Of a DNA stretch of 59,041 nt, positions 27,595 to 35,394 are shown one piece after another. The notes beneath the pieces are model-generated. The model searched no databases, was not told the origin of the DNA, and saw only the letters and a program-made list of their open reading frames with translations. The stretch's first letter is position 1. The number at the start of each line of letters is the position of its first letter. Where the stretch lies: assembly GCA_012837585.1 (NCBI GenBank), contig DUQW01000017.1, positions 1-59,041 of the forward strand, given 5' to 3'. The DNA is from Acholeplasmataceae bacterium. GTDB lineage: Bacteria > Bacillota_I > Bacilli_A > Acholeplasmatales > Acholeplasmataceae. Both the position numbers and the translations under genes were made by a program.

Positions 27595-28558
27595 TATTTA
27601 TAAAGGAAAAAAACTAAATCTGACAATCTTTGGTGGTTCGCATGAACCTATTTTAGGTTTTAAACTATCAGGATTTCCAAAAATGGAAATAGATATATCT
27701 AAAATACTAGAGGATATTAAAAGAAGACAACCAAAACAAGTTGGTACGACAAAAAGAATTGAAAAAGATGAAATGATTATCATTTCTGGAATCGAAGGTA
27801 ATATGACTACTGGAGAAGATATTGAAATTCACTTTAAAAATGAAAATGTAAAAAGTGAAGATTATAATAAGTTTTATGATCACCCAAGACCAGGACATGT
27901 TGATTTTGTTGTAAGAAAAAAATATGAAGACGAAAGCATGATTGCCGGTGGCGGTATTTTTTCTGGTCGTATGACACTACCGATGGTAGTGGCCGGAAGT
28001 CTTTGCAAACAAGCCCTAAATTATGAATTTCATTCTAGATTAATTCATGTTGGATTATTAGGTAATATTGATTATCTAGATAAATCATTAGTTTATGTTG
28101 AAAAGGAAAAAGATTCGGTTGGTGGACTTGTTGAAGTTGTTGTTAAAAATGTTGAAGTGGGCTTAGGCGGGCCATTGTTTCAAAGATTAAACGCTAAAAT
28201 ATCCGAAGCCGTTTTTTCAATTCCTGGAACTAAAACTGTATCATTTGGCGATGATCAAGATGCTCTATTTTTAAAAGGAAGTCAATATAACGATATTATT
28301 TTAGATAAAGATGGTAAAACTAAAACTAATTATAGTGCCGGAATATCAGGCGGTATTTCAAATGGCAATGATATTATTGTAAGGGTTACTTTTAGACCAG
28401 CATCTTCAATTGGTAAACCTCAAATGACTTATAATTTCAAAACTGATAAACTTGAAAAACTAGTTATTGAAGGTAGACACGATGCAGCTTATGTTAGAAG
28501 AGTGCCCGTAGTTGTAGAAAATATGATAGCACTAGCTTTATTAGATGAAAAGTTATGA
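27587..28558 (+). CDS. aroC: chorismate synthase (short form)
   Basis: 323 aa. GGSHEP, PRPGHVD, EGRHDA motifs. Confidence 0.88.
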   Translation: MNSIYKGKKLNLTIFGGSHEPILGFKLSGFPKMEIDISKILEDIKRRQPKQVGTTKRIEKDEMIIISGIEGNMTTGEDIEIHFKNENVKSEDYNKFYDHPRPGHVDFVVRKKYEDESMIAGGGIFSGRMTLPMVVAGSLCKQALNYEFHSRLIHVGLLGNIDYLDKSLVYVEKEKDSVGGLVEVVVKNVEVGLGGPLFQRLNAKISEAVFSIPGTKTVSFGDDQDALFLKGSQYNDIILDKDGKTKTNYSAGISGGISNGNDIIVRVTFRPASSIGKPQMTYNFKTDKLEKLVIEGRHDAAYVRRVPVVVENMIALALLDEKL

Positions 28559-30498
28559 AGTTAGAAGATATTAGTTATATAGGAAATAAAACTCGATATA
28601 TATTACGCGAAAATAATATTTGGACTCCATATGATTTAGTAATGAATTTTCCTAAATCATATGAAAACTATAATATTATTAATTTTAATGAAGCCAAACA
28701 TAACCAAGTTATAACTATAATTGGCGAAATTTTAAAAATAGAACATTTCAAGGCTAAAGTTCACGTAATAAAATTATTAATTAAAGTGGAAGAATTTCAA
28801 GTTTCCGCTTTAATTTTTAATCAACAATTTTTATTGAAATCATTAAAATTAAATGATGAAGTTTTAATAAAAGGTAAATATAACCTATATTCTAATGAAA
28901 TATCAGTCTCATCAATTTCCAAAAACCTAAACAAAAAAGAAATAACTCCAATCTACGGAATAGAAGGAGTTACTGATTATATGATTAGTAAAGCTATTGA
29001 AGATATTTTTACTAATAATAAGATTAAAATTTATGAAACATTTCCTAATGATGTTATGCGAAGATTTAACATAATTAATAGGTATGATGCGATAAAGAAC
29101 TTGCACTTTCCAAAATCAATTACTGATTTAAATAAATCAATTAAAAGATTAAAATACGAAGAAGCAATTGAATTACAATTAAGACTACAAAAAAGTCTTT
29201 TAAATAGAACTAAAAGAGAGCCTATTGATTATGATATTTCAAAAGTTAAAGATTTTATTGAATCATTATCTTTCGAGTTAACTGAAGATCAAAAAGAAGT
29301 AGTAAATGAAATATATCGCGATTTCAAGAAAGATTATCAAACTAAAAGATTAATTCAAGGTGACGTTGGTTCAGGGAAAACAATAGTTGCTATTATTGCA
29401 ATGTTGGGGGTTTTAACCGCTGGAAAACAAGCAGTCTTAATGGTACCAACAGAGATACTAGCTAATCAACAATATGAGACTATTAAAAAACTACTATCAA
29501 ATTACAATGTAAGTCTATTGACTAGTAAAGTAAAGAATAAAACTCAAATCTTAAACGATTTAGAAACAGGTAAAATTGATGTTTTAGTCGGAACTCACTC
29601 GGTTGCTTCAGAAAATGTATTATTTAATGATTTAGGATTAATTATTATAGATGAACAACATAAATTCGGGGTTGAATTAAGAGAATCACTATTTAAAAAA
29701 TCAGAATCAGCAAATCTTATATATTTAACTGCTACACCGATTCCAAGAACCCTTGGAATCGCTATGTTTGGCGATTTAGCGACTAGTGAGATAAAAAGCA
29801 GGCCGAAGTTTCAAAAGCCGGTAATAACAAAACATTTTGAAGAAAACAAACTAGATTTGATCATTGAAGAAATTAAAAATACAGTTAGTAAAGAAGAACA
29901 CGTATTTGTTGTAGTTCCAGCAATTAGCTCAGAATTAAAAGATTATAATATTGAAAATACTGCGGATATTTTAAGGCCAATCTTTAAAGAGAAATTATTT
30001 ATTTTACATGGCGATATATCAAGTGAAGATAGAAATAAAATTATTGAAGATTTTTCAAATTCTATAGGTGGAGTCTTACTTGCAACATCGATGATTGAAG
30101 TCGGGATCGATTTAAAATCAGCTACTTTAATGGTCGTTTTAGCGGCTGAAAATTTTGGGCTATCACAACTTCATCAATTAAGAGGAAGAGTTGGAAGAGG
30201 CGAAAAAGAATCTAAGTTTTATACACTCTCAAATAAGGAAGATGTTGAAAGACTTAAAATATTAGAAAAAGTTGATTCAGGATTTAAACTAAGTGAATAC
30301 GATTTAAAATTAAGAGGTCCAGGTGAGTTTTTAGGATTAAAACAAAGCGGTATTTTAAAGACTAAATATTTAGATTTTAGTACGGATTACGATATTTTAT
30401 TAGAAGCTAGAAAATTAAGTATTGAGATTATTAATAATCAAGAATTATTAAAAAACCGCGATTATTACTATATTAATAGAATCTTAAATGAAGGGTAA
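28555..30498 (+). CDS. recG: ATP-dependent DNA helicase RecG
   Basis: 647 aa. Wedge/OB N-terminus, GDVGSGKT, DEQHKFG, QLRGRVGRG. ATGA overlap with aroC. Confidence 0.93.
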   Translation: MKLEDISYIGNKTRYILRENNIWTPYDLVMNFPKSYENYNIINFNEAKHNQVITIIGEILKIEHFKAKVHVIKLLIKVEEFQVSALIFNQQFLLKSLKLNDEVLIKGKYNLYSNEISVSSISKNLNKKEITPIYGIEGVTDYMISKAIEDIFTNNKIKIYETFPNDVMRRFNIINRYDAIKNLHFPKSITDLNKSIKRLKYEEAIELQLRLQKSLLNRTKREPIDYDISKVKDFIESLSFELTEDQKEVVNEIYRDFKKDYQTKRLIQGDVGSGKTIVAIIAMLGVLTAGKQAVLMVPTEILANQQYETIKKLLSNYNVSLLTSKVKNKTQILNDLETGKIDVLVGTHSVASENVLFNDLGLIIIDEQHKFGVELRESLFKKSESANLIYLTATPIPRTLGIAMFGDLATSEIKSRPKFQKPVITKHFEENKLDLIIEEIKNTVSKEEHVFVVVPAISSELKDYNIENTADILRPIFKEKLFILHGDISSEDRNKIIEDFSNSIGGVLLATSMIEVGIDLKSATLMVVLAAENFGLSQLHQLRGRVGRGEKESKFYTLSNKEDVERLKILEKVDSGFKLSEYDLKLRGPGEFLGLKQSGILKTKYLDFSTDYDILLEARKLSIEIINNQELLKNRDYYYINRILNEG

Positions 30499-30510
30499 CA
30501 TATTTAGATA

Positions 30511-30519
30511 TGTTATAAT
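30511..30519 (+). promoter_or_regulatory. extended -10 element upstream of plsX
   Basis: TGTTATAAT, 29 nt upstream of ATG 30548. SD aaaggggg. Confidence 0.45.
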
Positions 30520-30547
30520 ATATTCAACATAAAAAGGGGGTATCCAT

Positions 30548-31549
30548 ATGATTAGACTAGCAGTGGATGCAATGGGAGGAGATCACGCTCCTATTGAAAT
30601 GGTTAAAGGTGTAAATTTAGCCATTGAAAAATTTGACGATATTGAAATTCATCTTTTCGGAGACGAAAACGAAATTAATAAATACTTAACTCCGTCACCA
30701 AGAGTTAAGATTTTTCATACAACTCATGTTTTAGATATGGGTGTTGAAGATCCAATTAAAGAATTAAGAAGTAATCCGGAATATTCAATGTTTAAAGCGA
30801 TTAAGCATGTTAAAGATGGTAATGCTGATGCTGTTTTAACATCGGGGCCGACTCAAGGTGCAGTTGTTGGGGGAACACTAATCTTAAGAAGGATTAAAGG
30901 AATGAAAAGAGTTGCGATTTGTCCGTTTATTCCTGATTTTGAAGGAAGAATGAGAATCTTATTAGACTCTGGAGCTAATGTTGAATTTAGACCAGAACAT
31001 TTATTAGACTTTGCAGTTGTTGCTTCAATTATCAGTAAATCATACTTTAAAGTTGAAAATCCAAAAGTAGGGCTTGTTAATATCGGTGCTGAACCAGGTA
31101 AAGGTAGAGCTGAAGATATTGAAGCTTATGAACTTTTAAAAAATAATCCGCAAATTAATTTTTACGGAAATGTGGAACCAAAAGAAATGTTAACTAGTGA
31201 TGTTGATGTTTTAGTAACTGATGGTTTTACCGGCAACATCTTAATGAAAAGTTATGAGGGAGCTGTAAAAGCTTTTTCAGATGCAATTAAAAAAGAAGTA
31301 TATTCATCATTCAAAGCTAAAATGGGTGGATTACTAATGAAGAATGCTTTCAAAAATATTAAAAGAAAAGCTAATCCGGATGTAGTAGGCGGAGCGATTA
31401 TTGTTGGGATTGAAGGTATTTTAGTAAAAGCTCATGGCTCATCAGATGCATTTGCGTTTTCAAACGGAATTAGATTAGCAAGAGAACTTGCTAAAGAAGA
31501 TATTATGAGTAAAGTAAGGGTGGCTATTGAGGCATTACACAATGAATAA
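30548..31549 (+). CDS. plsX: phosphate acyltransferase
   Basis: 333 aa. AVDAMGGDHAP N-terminus. Confidence 0.95.
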   Translation: MIRLAVDAMGGDHAPIEMVKGVNLAIEKFDDIEIHLFGDENEINKYLTPSPRVKIFHTTHVLDMGVEDPIKELRSNPEYSMFKAIKHVKDGNADAVLTSGPTQGAVVGGTLILRRIKGMKRVAICPFIPDFEGRMRILLDSGANVEFRPEHLLDFAVVASIISKSYFKVENPKVGLVNIGAEPGKGRAEDIEAYELLKNNPQINFYGNVEPKEMLTSDVDVLVTDGFTGNILMKSYEGAVKAFSDAIKKEVYSSFKAKMGGLLMKNAFKNIKRKANPDVVGGAIIVGIEGILVKAHGSSDAFAFSNGIRLARELAKEDIMSKVRVAIEALHNE

Positions 31550-32228
31550 AGATTTTAAACCAGTAATCGAATTACTAAAGAAAATTAAAATTAAACCAAA
31601 AGACATTTCACTTTATGAAAGTGCTCTAACTCACTCATCTTTCGCATATGAAAATGATTGCGAAAGTAATGAGAGATTAGAGTTTTTAGGCGATGCCGTT
31701 TTAGAAATTTTTATGAGTGAATACTTATATAAAAATCAAAAAGAATTAGCCGAAGGCATAATGACTAAAAAAAGAGCTCAACTTGTTTGTGAGGAAGCAT
31801 TATTTCAATATTCTAATAAAATTAATTTAGCTGACTATTTAAGATTAGGCCGTGGTGAGAAAATTAAAGGTGCTTCTCAAGCTACAATTGCTGATGCTTT
31901 TGAAGCTTTAATGGGAGCTATTTATTTAGATCTAGGACATAAAGAAGCAAAAAAAGCATTTTATCAGTTAGTAATTCCAAATATTGATTTAACTAGCGAT
32001 ATAAAGGACTATAAAACTATTTTACAAGAATATGTTCAAGGCGATAGAAAGACTATCGTTTATAAAATAATTAATGAATCAGGACCATCACATGATAAAT
32101 TATTTGAAGCAGCTGTTTATCTAGATGGAACAATCATTTTAGGTCATGGTGTAGGTAAAACTAAAAAAGAAGCAGAACAAAAAGCTGCTGAAGAAGCATT
32201 AAAAAAGGGGAATTTTTATGTTGATTAA
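31542..32228 (+). CDS. rnc: ribonuclease III
   Basis: ATG 31542 overlaps the plsX stop (the track's TTG 31527 is an alternative). ERLEFLGDAV signature and C-terminal dsRBD. Confidence 0.93.
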   Translation: MNKDFKPVIELLKKIKIKPKDISLYESALTHSSFAYENDCESNERLEFLGDAVLEIFMSEYLYKNQKELAEGIMTKKRAQLVCEEALFQYSNKINLADYLRLGRGEKIKGASQATIADAFEALMGAIYLDLGHKEAKKAFYQLVIPNIDLTSDIKDYKTILQEYVQGDRKTIVYKIINESGPSHDKLFEAAVYLDGTIILGHGVGKTKKEAEQKAAEEALKKGNFYVD

Positions 32229-32838
32229 ACAAATATATGACGAATACGGATTACCAATTGAAAAGATAATCAATAAAGAATATAAACGTTTAGGGTTAAA
32301 ACTTCCTGAAGCTATGGTGTTACTAGCTCTTTTTTCGATTTATGAAAGAAGAAGAACTTTTACAATAAACGCAATTTCTAAACGCGTTGAATACAACCGT
32401 CAAGAAATTGGTGAACTTGTTTCTTCATTAATGGAAAAAGGATTTTTAGAAACAAAATTTGAAGAAACTAAAGACGGAAAAGAAAGAGAAGTCTTTAGTT
32501 TAGATAAAACATTTATAAAAATTGAAAAACTAATTATTAGTGACTATCAAAGTAATAAAAACGACGAAGCGGCAGCCCACATCGGTAAGACGATGGAAGT
32601 GCTAGAAAGTGCATTAGGTAGAGTTCTTTCAGCGCTAGAAATGGATTTAATTAGAAGTTGGTATTTAAACGAAGAGTTAACTTGTGAAGATATAGAATTG
32701 GAAATCCAAAAAGCTATCTTGAAACCTAGATTTTCAATTAAGTATATTGACCGAATTTTAATGACAGCTAAAATAGAAGATCGAGAAGTTGATCCTAAAA
32801 CCGCGACCATTTTAGAATCAATTTACAAAAAGATATAA
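32218..32838 (+). CDS. dnaD: DnaD-domain replication initiation/primosome protein
   Basis: 206 aa. Winged-helix-like N-terminal part and a DnaD-type C-terminal domain (LIRSWY ... SIKYIDRIL). Sits immediately upstream of nth, as dnaD does in B. subtilis. Confidence 0.75.
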   Translation: MLIKQIYDEYGLPIEKIINKEYKRLGLKLPEAMVLLALFSIYERRRTFTINAISKRVEYNRQEIGELVSSLMEKGFLETKFEETKDGKEREVFSLDKTFIKIEKLIISDYQSNKNDEAAAHIGKTMEVLESALGRVLSALEMDLIRSWYLNEELTCEDIELEIQKAILKPRFSIKYIDRILMTAKIEDREVDPKTATILESIYKKI

Positions 32839-33467
32839 TGAAAAAAGTTTTAATTATAAAAGCATTAAATGAAATGTTTCCAAATCCTAGATCGGATTTA
32901 AATTACTCTAATAATTTTGAGATGCTAGTTGCGGTAGTTTTAAGTGCGCAAACTACCGATGTATCAGTTAATAAAGTAACGCCAGAATTATTTAGAAAAT
33001 ACCCAAATCCTGATACATTAAAAGACGCACCAATTGAAGATTTGGAAAACATCCTAAAATCAATAGGTCTTTATAAAACAAAAGCAAAAAACATAAAAAA
33101 TTTAAGTCAAATATTACATGATAAATTCAATTCAGAAATTCCATCAGAAAGAAGTGATTTAGAATCACTTCCCGGAGTTGGAAGAAAGACAGCAAATGTG
33201 GTTTTAGCTAATGCCTTTGGTAAAAATGTTATCGCTGTTGACACTCATGTTAATCGTGTTTCCAAAAGGCTAGGAATCGCTAAAGAAAGCGATAATATTT
33301 TGGAAGTTGAAAATAAAATTGTGAAATATTTTAAAAATAATGACTTATCAAAACTTCATCATCAATTAATTTTCTTTGGCAGATATCATTGTCTAGCAAG
33401 AAATCCAAAATGTGAAAATTGTCCGCTTCAAGAAGTTTGCCTTTTTTACAAAAATAAAAATAAGTAA
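32838..33467 (+). CDS. nth: endonuclease III
   Basis: 209 aa. HhH-GPD motif LPGVGRKTANVVL and a C-terminal 4-Cys cluster C-x6-C-x2-C-x5-C. Confidence 0.95.
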   Translation: MKKVLIIKALNEMFPNPRSDLNYSNNFEMLVAVVLSAQTTDVSVNKVTPELFRKYPNPDTLKDAPIEDLENILKSIGLYKTKAKNIKNLSQILHDKFNSEIPSERSDLESLPGVGRKTANVVLANAFGKNVIAVDTHVNRVSKRLGIAKESDNILEVENKIVKYFKNNDLSKLHHQLIFFGRYHCLARNPKCENCPLQEVCLFYKNKNK

Positions 33468-33472
33468 GCAAT

Positions 33473-33499
33473 AAGGAGGATTAAACCCTCCTTTTTTTT
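33473..33499 (+). terminator. rho-independent terminator after nth
   Basis: aaggagg / attaaac / cctcctt followed by T8. Confidence 0.85.
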
Positions 33500-33580
33500 A
33501 TAATCATAATTTGGACTTCGTTTAAAATAATGATAATATATTATTGATTAACGACTCATAAAATAAGGGAGCTGAATAAT

Positions 33581-34807
33581 ATGGTTCTTAACTATAAGAA
33601 ACTTGAAACTTATAAACCAGAAATTAAACTACAAGAAACAGGAACAACAATTGGTTCTATAGTTAGATGGCAAAGAAAACAAAAAAACATGACTTTAAAT
33701 GAAGGTGCCGAAGGTATATGCAGCATTTCATATTTATCAAAGGTCGAAAATAATTTAATTGAACCTAGTGAATTAATCTTAAATGATCTCAAAAAACGTT
33801 TTGAAATTGAAGATTTAATTAATTATGATTTGGAAAGGTTTGAGAAGCATTATGAGTTAATTATCTCGTGTTTTTTTAATTATAAAGAAATTCCATTAAT
33901 GCTTTTTAAATTATACGAAGGTAATACTGATTATAAATCTAAATTAGTTTTATTTTCATTTTATCTATTTAAAAATAATTTGACTAAAGCGAAAGTTATT
34001 TATAAAGATTTAGAGTTTGAAATTAATAAGTTTACTCATGATGAAATTAATCTATTTTATTATTTAACCGCGAAGATGTTAGAAAAAGAGGGTAGATTTT
34101 ATCTTTCTTTAAAAGTATTAAATTTAACGAACATAATTGATAAAGATTCTAAACTTTCTATGCTAGTAGATTTTAAAAAAATATTATTGAAGTTAACACT
34201 AGGAAGACACTTACAAAGCTTAATTATTTCTGATGACTTAGAAAAAAGACTATTAATAAAAAATCATTTAACTAGATACCATAATTTATTAAAACTAAAA
34301 CTATTGTGGTCACTTAATGAATATGATTATGAATATCAATTAAGAGAAATTGATCGACGTTTATACTTAACTAGAAAAGATAAACAAATGATTAAAACCT
34401 TTTTAAATTTACTACATCACAATAAAATAAATAATTCAACTTTAGATAAAAATCTAAGTGAATCAGTTTATTGGTATATGATGGCGCTACTTTATTATGA
34501 TCAAGAAGAAGATTTTCAAAAAATAAAGGAAATAATTAATGAATGTAATAATTACAAAACTATTCCAATTGTCGAACAAATAGAATTTTTTATTAATAGT
34601 AAATATACTCTTGATAGCGATTCTTTTATTAGATATATCAGAAACATAACTACAAACTTCGAAAGTAATTATAATGGCTACTATATTATGTCAATATTAT
34701 TTGATAATGCTTCAAATTATTATGAAAATAAAAACTTTTATAAAGCTGCAAACTTAATTAGAAAATATGGCAAAGAAATGTTGTTAAACTTGAAAAGAAT
34801 GACATAA
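33581..34807 (+). CDS. XRE-family HTH + TPR-like helical-repeat transcriptional regulator (RNPP/Rgg-like architecture)
   Basis: 408 aa. N-terminal HTH (IGSIVRWQRKQKNMTLNEGAEGICSISYLSKVENNLIEPS) followed by about 330 aa of repeated helical-hairpin-like sequence. Own promoter (TTGGAC, 17 nt, TAATAT) and SD aagggag. Confidence 0.7.
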   Translation: MVLNYKKLETYKPEIKLQETGTTIGSIVRWQRKQKNMTLNEGAEGICSISYLSKVENNLIEPSELILNDLKKRFEIEDLINYDLERFEKHYELIISCFFNYKEIPLMLFKLYEGNTDYKSKLVLFSFYLFKNNLTKAKVIYKDLEFEINKFTHDEINLFYYLTAKMLEKEGRFYLSLKVLNLTNIIDKDSKLSMLVDFKKILLKLTLGRHLQSLIISDDLEKRLLIKNHLTRYHNLLKLKLLWSLNEYDYEYQLREIDRRLYLTRKDKQMIKTFLNLLHHNKINNSTLDKNLSESVYWYMMALLYYDQEEDFQKIKEIINECNNYKTIPIVEQIEFFINSKYTLDSDSFIRYIRNITTNFESNYNGYYIMSILFDNASNYYENKNFYKAANLIRKYGKEMLLNLKRMT

Positions 34808-34846
34808 TTTGATTTGTGATACAATAATACATATAGGAGGATACAT

Positions 34847-35353
34847 ATGAACAAAGTTAGAAGCGGAATTAAAAAATACACTCCTTATGTATTACTACTA
34901 TTAGGAATGTGGGTTATAGTTACATTTTTTATTGCTGGAGGAATTAATACTAATCCAAAAGTAATAAATCCAAATGAACCAACAAAAATTTATTATTTTA
35001 CTGTATTTCACGTAATGTTCGGTAAAAGTTTTAAAGTTGGCTCAGGAACACTTACTTATTTTAAACCTAATTTCTTAGGATTTATGATTTTAATCCCAAT
35101 GATAGTGGGATTAATCATCTCGACAATTAATCAGGTTCAATATAAAGTAAGACATTTAATTTCGGGATTACTATTATTAATTTCAGGAATAAGTATTTTT
35201 GCTTTACCACATAAAGCTAATTTAGGAGGTGCTTGGTTAGATACAAGCCAAGTTACTATTACTGGTAGTGCCGTTACTATAGTGGCGGGAACATTAATTT
35301 TAGTTTTCTCAGCGATAAATTTTGTATTATTATTTTTAAAAGATAAAAAGTAA
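34847..35353 (+). CDS. hypothetical integral membrane protein (about 4 TM helices)
   Basis: 168 aa with SD aggagg. Four long hydrophobic segments. No family recognised. Confidence 0.7.
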   Translation: MNKVRSGIKKYTPYVLLLLGMWVIVTFFIAGGINTNPKVINPNEPTKIYYFTVFHVMFGKSFKVGSGTLTYFKPNFLGFMILIPMIVGLIISTINQVQYKVRHLISGLLLLISGISIFALPHKANLGGAWLDTSQVTITGSAVTIVAGTLILVFSAINFVLLFLKDKK

Positions 35354-35360
35354 ATTATGA

Positions 35361-35394
35361 CCCCTTCATCTAATATTAGATGGAGGGGTTTTTT
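35361..35394 (+). terminator. strong hairpin + T6 whose 3' arm contains the SD of the downstream gene
   Basis: ccccttcatcta (35361-35372) / atat / tagatggagggg (35377-35388): 12 bp with one G-U. T6 at 35389-35394, then ATG at 35395. Confidence 0.8.

Noticed and set aside
33468-34846. A quorum-sensing pro-peptide gene flanking the HTH-TPR regulator.
   Set aside because: Both strands of the 113-nt upstream and 39-nt downstream spacers give ORFs of 8 codons at most. The 60-aa antisense ORF at 33610-33792 lies inside the regulator gene with no SD. I cannot exclude a peptide encoded elsewhere.
35380-35394. ATG 35380 as the start of the Ig-repeat protein.
   Set aside because: It lies inside the terminator stem and has no SD upstream. 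The in-frame ATG at 35395 has GGAGGGG 6 nt upstream. The choice changes only 5 residues.
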